Shown one piece after another: positions 57,401 through 63,620 of a stretch of DNA of 63,620 bases. Numbering within the stretch: position 1 is the stretch's first letter; each line of letters opens with the position of its first letter. A program made the position numbers and the translations under genes. The notes beneath the pieces were generated by a model. That model saw only the letters and a program-made list of their open reading frames with translations. It was not told the DNA's origin and made no database searches. The DNA is from Polyangiales bacterium (GTDB lineage Bacteria > Myxococcota_A > Polyangia > Polyangiales > JADJQN01): NCBI GenBank assembly GCA_964202905.1, contig CAXNJO010000017.1:1-63620 (forward strand), given 5' to 3'.

Positions 57401-57527
57401 GGCCGAAGCGCAGGTGCGCGGCGTGCTCGACCGCGACGGCAAGCGCGTCGATGCGATCGTGCGCGTCCCGACGAACGGCTCGCAGGTGCGCGCCGTCTTC
57501 ACGATCTGGCCGCCCGGCGCGCGCTGA
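54500..57527 (+). CDS. Large outer-membrane protein with tandem beta-barrel-like domains (frameshift near 54645)
   Basis: Signal peptide in the 54500 frame; alternating Gly/aromatic beta strands; internal A-B-A'-B' duplication. Confidence 0.7.
55920..55979 (+). repeat. 5 x 12-bp coding tandem repeat (QTPT/RTPA linker)
   Basis: cagactcccacg cggactcccgcg cagactcccact cagactcccgtg cgcactcccccc. Confidence 0.8.
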
Positions 57528-57585
57528 GTGGGCGTGCGGCGGCCCCCGCGATGCAGGGCGCCGTCGGTCCGCCATCGCTGCGCCG

Positions 57586-58023
57586 TCAACGCGGAGGAGG
57601 CAGCGCGTACGCGCCCGTCACGTGCGCGGCGGGCTCCTCGTCCTCCGCGGCGCGGATCGTGACCTCGCCGACGACGAGCCGCTTCCCCGCGCGCAGCACG
57701 CGCGCCTCGGCGAAAATGGGCCCCGGCGCGAGCTTGCGCAGAAAGCGGATCGAGAGGTCGCTCGTCACCGCGAGCGGCTCCGGCCCCACGACCGAGAGCG
57801 TGACCAGATAGAGCGCCGTGTCCGCGAGCGTCATGAGCGCGGGGCCGCTCACCGTGCCGCCCGCGCGCACGTGCCGGGCGTCGGTGTCCATGCGCAGGAC
57901 GCAGCGCCCGTAGGAAACGTCGTCGACGACCCACGGAAAGAGGTCCGCGAGCGGTATCGTCTGACGAACGATGCGCTCGAAGTCGGCAGCGGAGACGAGT
58001 GACGGGCGCGCGGCGTCGTGCAT
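57586..58023 (-). CDS. PaaI family hotdog thioesterase
   Basis: RAGGTVSGPALMTLADTA, AVTSDLSIRFLRK, GKRLVVGEV. Confidence 0.9.
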   Translation of the reverse strand: MHDAARPSLVSAADFERIVRQTIPLADLFPWVVDDVSYGRCVLRMDTDARHVRAGGTVSGPALMTLADTALYLVTLSVVGPEPLAVTSDLSIRFLRKLAPGPIFAEARVLRAGKRLVVGEVTIRAAEDEEPAAHVTGAYALPPPR

Positions 58024-58093
58024 GGCCGCGAGGCTCGCACGCGCCCCCCGTCGCCGCACTTCGACGCCGAGACCTTCGCGCGCTGCGTGCGCG

Positions 58094-59824
58094 ATGCGGG
58101 TCCTTCTCATCGCCTTGTTCGCCTCCGGCGCGTCCTCGGCCTGCGAGCCGGGAGACATCGATTCTCCACGCGGAAATGGCCTGAATGTGGGCACTTCCGC
58201 GGATCGCGACGCCCCTTCGAACACCCACTCTGAATCCCATGCAGGCCGCCACACTCCCGCGTCGCCACGCACCGACGCTCGCGCGCCGCAGCCGCACGCC
58301 GAGTCGCAGCGCGCGGCGTGGGCGCGGGCCGAGGCGCTCTGGCGCGAGCGCGATGGGCGGGCCTACGCGGCGTGGCGCGCGCTCGATCCGGCGAGCCCCG
58401 AGGGACGCGAGGCCGAGCGCCGCCTCGACGCCGCCGACGCTATCTACCGCGGCGTCATCGCCCGGCTCCGCGCCGGCGAGCCCGACGCCTCGGCACCGCT
58501 CGCCGCGCTCCCCGGCGCGCTCGCCCTCGCGCCCATCGATCCGCGGCTCTACCTGCCGCTCGCACGCGCGCTCCGCGATCACCGGCCCTCCGACCCGGTG
58601 CGTGCGGCCCGCTATTACCTGCGCTTCCTCGCCGCCGGCCCGGAGGAGGACGAGGCGCGCGCCGCCGTGCGCGAGGTGCGCGCGCTGCCGCTCGCCGCCT
58701 CGCCCGAGACGGCCGCCAGCGTCACCGCCACGGTGCGCGCCTTCGACGCCGCGCGCCGCGACGCCGCCCGGAGCGCGCGTGCGTCGCGCGCGCTCACATC
58801 CACCGCGACGCTGCCCGCGCCCGCGCTCGTCACCGCGGGCCTCGCCGCCGGCCTCGCGCTCGCCGCGCTCGCCGCGCTGCTCGTCACCCGTCGCCCGCGC
58901 GGCACCTCGCTCGCGCGCGCGAGCGACGACGCCCCCGAGCTGCACCCCGCGATCACCTACCTCGTCGGCGGGCTGCGCCACGAGCTGCTCAAGCACCGCA
59001 TCGGCGCGGCCTCGGATGCGCTCGCGGCCCTCGTGCGGGGCGAGGCGACCGCCCCGCAGCGCGCGTTCCTCGAGGGGCGTCTTTTCGGCGGCGAGCCGCT
59101 GCTCGCGGCGTGGGAGGGCCATCTGCGCGCGTTCGAGCGTGCGCTCGGGCCGCGCGTGGATCTGCGCCGCCGCGACCGCGCCTTCCGCGACGCGGCCCGC
59201 GCGATCACGCAAATCGTGCGCCTCGAGCCGCTGCTCGCGCGCGATCCATCCACCGCCACTCCGCGCCTCGCGCAAGCGCACGCGAAGCTGCGCGCCTTCG
59301 ACGATCAGCTCGCCACGCTCGCCGCACGCCTCGTGCGCACGCGCGTCGACGAAGCGCTGCTGCACGAGGTCGTGGACGCGGTGCGCGGCGAATACAGCGC
59401 GAGCCTCGTCGCGCTCGACGAGGTGCACGTGGAGGTCACAGAGCCCGACCTCGAGGTCGAGGTCTTCCGCGTCGACCTCGTCCTCATCCTGAAGAACCTC
59501 GTCCGCAACGCGATCCTCGCCGTGGGCCGCGAGCCCGCGCCGCGCCGCCTCGCGATCGGCGTGTCGGTCGATCTCGAGGCGACGGGCGAGGAGCTCGTGC
59601 GCATCCACGTGCGCGACTCGAGCCCCGAGACGCTCACCGCCGACGCCATCCGCGAGCGCCGCGCCGACCGCGGCCTCGGCCTCGTGAGCGCCGCCCTCGC
59701 CCGCTACGACGGCGCGCTCAGCGTCGAGCCCGCGGGCGACGGCTACGCGAAGGCCGTCACGCTGCGCTTCTTCCGCGCGCTCGAGCGCCCCGGCGCGCCG
59801 GCGTCGCTCTCGGAGGCGACATGA
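58094..59824 (+). CDS. Atypical sensor kinase-like protein (TPR-like periplasmic region, TM, degenerate HATPase)
   Basis: N-terminal signal, TPR-like helices, TM, LRHELLKH, LKNLVRNA, VRDSSP, RGLGLV. Confidence 0.7.
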   Translation: MRVLLIALFASGASSACEPGDIDSPRGNGLNVGTSADRDAPSNTHSESHAGRHTPASPRTDARAPQPHAESQRAAWARAEALWRERDGRAYAAWRALDPASPEGREAERRLDAADAIYRGVIARLRAGEPDASAPLAALPGALALAPIDPRLYLPLARALRDHRPSDPVRAARYYLRFLAAGPEEDEARAAVREVRALPLAASPETAASVTATVRAFDAARRDAARSARASRALTSTATLPAPALVTAGLAAGLALAALAALLVTRRPRGTSLARASDDAPELHPAITYLVGGLRHELLKHRIGAASDALAALVRGEATAPQRAFLEGRLFGGEPLLAAWEGHLRAFERALGPRVDLRRRDRAFRDAARAITQIVRLEPLLARDPSTATPRLAQAHAKLRAFDDQLATLAARLVRTRVDEALLHEVVDAVRGEYSASLVALDEVHVEVTEPDLEVEVFRVDLVLILKNLVRNAILAVGREPAPRRLAIGVSVDLEATGEELVRIHVRDSSPETLTADAIRERRADRGLGLVSAALARYDGALSVEPAGDGYAKAVTLRFFRALERPGAPASLSEAT

Positions 59825-60297
59825 CAACCTCCTTGATGCATCCCGCGCGCCCGGTGCTCCTCGTGATCGAGGACGGCACCGAGTACGTCGAGTTCGCGCG
59901 GCTCTTCGTCGGCGACACCTTCGAGATCCATGCGGCCCGCTCCGCGCGCGAGGCGCTCGCGCTGCTCGCCGATCCCGGCGCCGACGCGCTGCTCGTCGAT
60001 CTGCGGTTCGACCGCGCCCCGCGCGAAGACCTCGTCGGCGACGTCGACGCGACGGCCGCGCGCCTCTTCGGCGGCGACCGCGCGCGCGCGCTCCGCCACG
60101 TGCAGGATCAGCAGGGCGCGCTCGTGCTCGGCGCGCTGCGTGAGGCCGGATTCCCGCAGCGCGCGGTGTTCGTGCACGACTTCCCACCGCGCCGCCTCGC
60201 GAACCTGCGCGGGCTCTACGGCGACGTGCACGCCGTCGCGTCGTTCGACGCCACCGCCATCCGAAGCGCGCTCGCAGGCGCCCGGAGACCCGCGTGA
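59821..60297 (+). CDS. Stand-alone divergent receiver domain protein
   Basis: LLVIEDG...ARSAREAL...LLVDLRF; ATGA overlap with upstream gene. Confidence 0.7.
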   Translation: MTTSLMHPARPVLLVIEDGTEYVEFARLFVGDTFEIHAARSAREALALLADPGADALLVDLRFDRAPREDLVGDVDATAARLFGGDRARALRHVQDQQGALVLGALREAGFPQRAVFVHDFPPRRLANLRGLYGDVHAVASFDATAIRSALAGARRPA

Positions 60298-60680
60298 TGA
60301 GTGGCACTCCGGCAAGCGTCCGAGAGGCGGCCGCGCTGCTCGCGCACGATGTCGGCAAATACATCGGACGCATCGCCCGCAACGTCGAAGGCGAGGTGCC
60401 GCCGGCCCTCGCGCCGCTGCTGCTCCGCGACGTCTACGAGACGCAGGACGGGCAGCCCGCCCTCGCGCGCCTCGACGCGCTCCGGCCCGCGCTCGGCCCC
60501 CTCGCCCACGACGCACGCGTCGTCGCCGCGCGAGACGCACTGCAACGCGCCGCCGCGCTCGAATCCGCCGCACGCGCCGGCGATCCCGCAGCGCTCGGCG
60601 CGCTCGTCGCGATCGCGCGCGCCGTGGAGTCGCAGCTCCGCGCGCTCGCTCGCGCGCTCCACGACGCAGGCGCACCATGA
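60294..60680 (+). CDS. Small helical protein with H-box-like LAHDVGK motif
   Basis: Translationally coupled ORF; LLAHDVGKYIGRIARN. Confidence 0.6.
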   Translation: MMSGTPASVREAAALLAHDVGKYIGRIARNVEGEVPPALAPLLLRDVYETQDGQPALARLDALRPALGPLAHDARVVAARDALQRAAALESAARAGDPAALGALVAIARAVESQLRALARALHDAGAP

Positions 60681-60690
60681 GGCCGCCGCG

Positions 60691-62503
60691 ATGAGCCCGC
60701 GCCCCGACGCCCCGCGACGCCCGAAACTGCTCGTCGTCGACGACGGTGACCGCTACGTGGAGCTCGCGCACGCGCTGCTCCGCGACTTCGACTACGCGAC
60801 GCGGTGCAGTCTCCCCGGCCCGTGTTGGACATGCCCCGAACGCCCCGGCTGCACGCTCACGCACGCGCACGACGCGCGCGAGGCCGACGCCGCGCTCGTG
60901 CAGCACCCCGACGTCGACGTCGTGCTGCTCGACGTCGCCTTCGACATCCCCGAGGCGCGCCTGCTCCCCTCGGCCGAGCGCGACCTCGCGCGGCGCCGCC
61001 GCCTGCGAGGGCATCACCATCCTCGCGCATCTGCGCCGGGCGCGCGGCGATCTGCCCGTGATCCTCATGACGAGCGAGGCCGAGCTCGCCTACGAGGACG
61101 CCGCCGAGGCGCTCGCCGTCGACGAGTTCGTGACGCTCGCGGGCGAGGCCGCCTTCGACGCGCGCGCGCTGTCTCTCCTGATCGAGCGCGTGCTCGCGCG
61201 GCGCCGCGAGGCCCCGGCCTCGGGCGGCTACGCGTGGGGCACGACCCCCGCGATGGCGCGCCTGCGCCGCGACGCGACGACCCTCGCGCGCACCTCGCTG
61301 CCGATGCTGCTCGTCGGCGAGACGGGCACCGGCAAGAGCGCCCTCGCCGAGCGCGTCATCCACCCCGCGACCGCGCGCCGCGGCCCCTTCGTCGCCGTCG
61401 ATCTCTCGGCCCTGCCCGAGTCGCTCGTCCCCGCCGAGCTCTTCGGCACCGCGCGCGGCGCCTTCAGCGGCGCGGTCGATCGCCCCGGCCGCTTCGAACA
61501 GGCGAGCGGCGGCACGCTGCTCCTCGACGAGATCGGCCACCTCTCGCCCGAGCAACAGCGCACCCTGCTGCTGGTGCTCCAGGACGCGCGCGTCACGCGC
61601 CTCGGCGAGAGCACCCCGCGCCCCGTCGACGTGAAGGTCCTCGCGGCGACCAACACCGATCTCGACGACGCCGTGCGCCGCGGCGACTTCCGCGCCGATC
61701 TCCACGCACGCCTGAACCCCGCCGCACGCCTGCGCCTGCCCCCGCTGCGCGAGCGCATCGCAGACCTGCCCGAGCTCGCGCGCGCCTTCGTGCAGCGCGC
61801 CTTCGCCGCCGGCGCGGACCGCGCCCTCCTCGCCCGCTACCTCGAACTCGCTCACCTCGCGCCTCCGACGCCGCACCGCGCCACTCGCCCCGACGCGCAG
61901 TCCCCTGAGCCGCCGCACGCCGAGCTCGCCATCGGCCGCCCACCGCCCGGCCCCGCGCGCGGCGTCGTCTTCGTCCTCGCGCCCGCGAGCCTGCGCGCCC
62001 TCGCCGCCCACCCCTTCTCCGGCAACGTCCGTGAGCTCGAACTGCTCCTGCGCACCGCCGCCGTCTCGGCCCTCTCCGACGCCCTCAGCGCCCTCGAATC
62101 CCGCCCTGCGAATTCCCGCGCCGCCTCCACGCCCGCGCGCAAGCCCGGCGCCCTCGACCCCGCCCGCGTCATCCCGCTCCCCGCCAGGCTCGTCCGCGAG
62201 CTCCTCGCCACTGCACACGCGCCTGCGAGAATCCCATTCTCCGGCACGCAGCACATGATTCATCACAACGCCGAAATACCATCTTCGAATCCCACACACG
62301 CACTGCGCGTGCGCCCCGGCGACACCGCCCACGCCGTCGCCGCCGATCTGGAACGCCAGCTGTATGAGCGCCTGTACGCCGAGACGAACGGCGATTTCGC
62401 CGCGATGGCCCGCACGCTGCTCAACGGCGACGCGACCAAGAACGCCCGCCGCGTGCGCCTGCGCTTCAACCAACTCGGGCTGCGGGTGCGGAAGCGGGGT
62501 TGA
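60691..62503 (+). CDS. Sigma54-dependent enhancer-binding response regulator with Cys-rich receiver insert (frameshift near 61006)
   Basis: LLVVDDG...VLLDV; GETGTGKS, ELFG..RGAFSGA, LLLDEIG, LAATN, FSGNVRELE. Confidence 0.85.
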
Positions 62504-62609
62504 GACGGCGCAGCGGTTTCTGCGATACGGTGTTGAATCAAGCTGCCGCTCGACACGTCAGCCGCCCGCCGTCCGTCCCTCGACACGCCCTCACCCCGGG
62601 GAAGACCCG

Positions 62610-63534
62610 ATGATTCCCTCACGCCGCCTCGCTTGGTGCCTCGTCCCGCTGCTTCTCGCGTGCACGCTCCCGGCGGGGTTGCCGATGGGGGGTGGGTGCG
62701 GGCTGCCGGGCCTGTCCAAGTCTGCACTCGACGCGATGCCCGCCGACCTCGACGGACTCAGCGTCGTCGACCTGCAGGCCATGCGCGCGTCTCCCCTGCT
62801 CCTCACGGTCGTCCGCGAGACGTTCGGCACGGGGGACAATGAGTTGACGCAGAAGTGCGGCTTCGACCCGCTCACGAAGATCAAGCGGCTCACCGTCGGC
62901 ATGGTCGGCGACGAGGCCGTCGTCGGCGTGGAGGGCGAACTCGGGGACGCGCTCGTCGTCGGTTGTCTCGCGAAACTCGGCGCGCCGGTCCTCGCACCCA
63001 GCGTCGTCGGCACACGGACCCACTGGCGTGACCCGCAGCGGCGCGCTCGTCGTCGCGCAGGCCGCCCCCGGACTCATCCTCGTCGGCACACCGCTCCTCG
63101 TCACCCAATCGCTTTCAGTCTTCGACGGCGCGATGCCCTCCGTCCGGACGAATCGCGCTCTGAACGACGCCATCAGCAGCGTCGCCACGACGCACGCCGC
63201 ACGCGGCGCCTATCTCTGCAACGGGCGTACACGCAGCGTGGATCGCCTCTGCGGAAGGAGCGATTTCGCAGGCGTCGAGGCTCTTTCCGGTGGTTTCTCG
63301 ATGAGCACGGATCTCGCCGTCGATGTCCGCACCCGCTTCGAGTCCGACGCCCTCGCCGCCGAGCGCGGTGAGATGTTCAAACTCCTCGCCCTCGGCCTCC
63401 TCATCGGCATGGAAGTCCCCCAGCGGGAACGCCAGTTCGACGTCACCGCGACGGGCCCGAACGTCGACATGAAGTTCCGCATGAGCGCCGACGCCGTCCT
63501 CCGCATCGTCCGCAGCCAACGCAGCGCGTTCTGA
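62610..63534 (+). CDS. Hypothetical exported protein / lipoprotein (frameshift near 63030)
   Basis: Signal ending LLAC, then MPADLDG..VVDL..MRASPL...KCGFDPL, continuing in ORF 63028..63534. Confidence 0.55.
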
Positions 63535-63620
63535 GGGCATGACCGCTGCGACGTTCGTCACGCTCGACGCACGTCGTTGCCGTACGGACGCACCGTTGAC
63601 CGCCTCGTGGCGCGCCTCTA

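Overview
High-GC window with a gene content typical of myxobacteria (Polyangiales/Sandaracinus-like lipoproteins, DUF1552/DUF1592 pair, Ser/Thr kinase); the taxonomy is inferred, not proven. It has two halves. (1) 1206-29402 is an accessory island bracketed by a ~920-bp direct repeat (287-1205 and 29403-30322). It contains an IS91/ISCR-type HUH rolling-circle element (25652-~29200, interrupted by an IS1380 element) and three further same-orientation copies of its oriIS end (5467, 9905, 10731), each joined to different passenger genes and short fragments of unrelated genes. It also holds two near-identical IS3 copies enclosing a 10-kb cargo, whose ~1160-aa secreted metzincin protease gene is split by a second IS3 and an IS66. 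(2) 30400-63620 is core-like chromosome: lysyl-oxidase-domain lipoprotein, yceI, purL, pruA, Ser/Thr kinase, ArsC/Spx, MutS-domain protein, yggX, pepP, hybrid kinase, def, FG-GAP protein, a probable multi-barrel outer-membrane protein, and an atypical four-gene sigma54 signalling operon. Several core genes carry single-base frameshifts that are probably assembly errors. No rRNA, tRNA or CRISPR array was seen.
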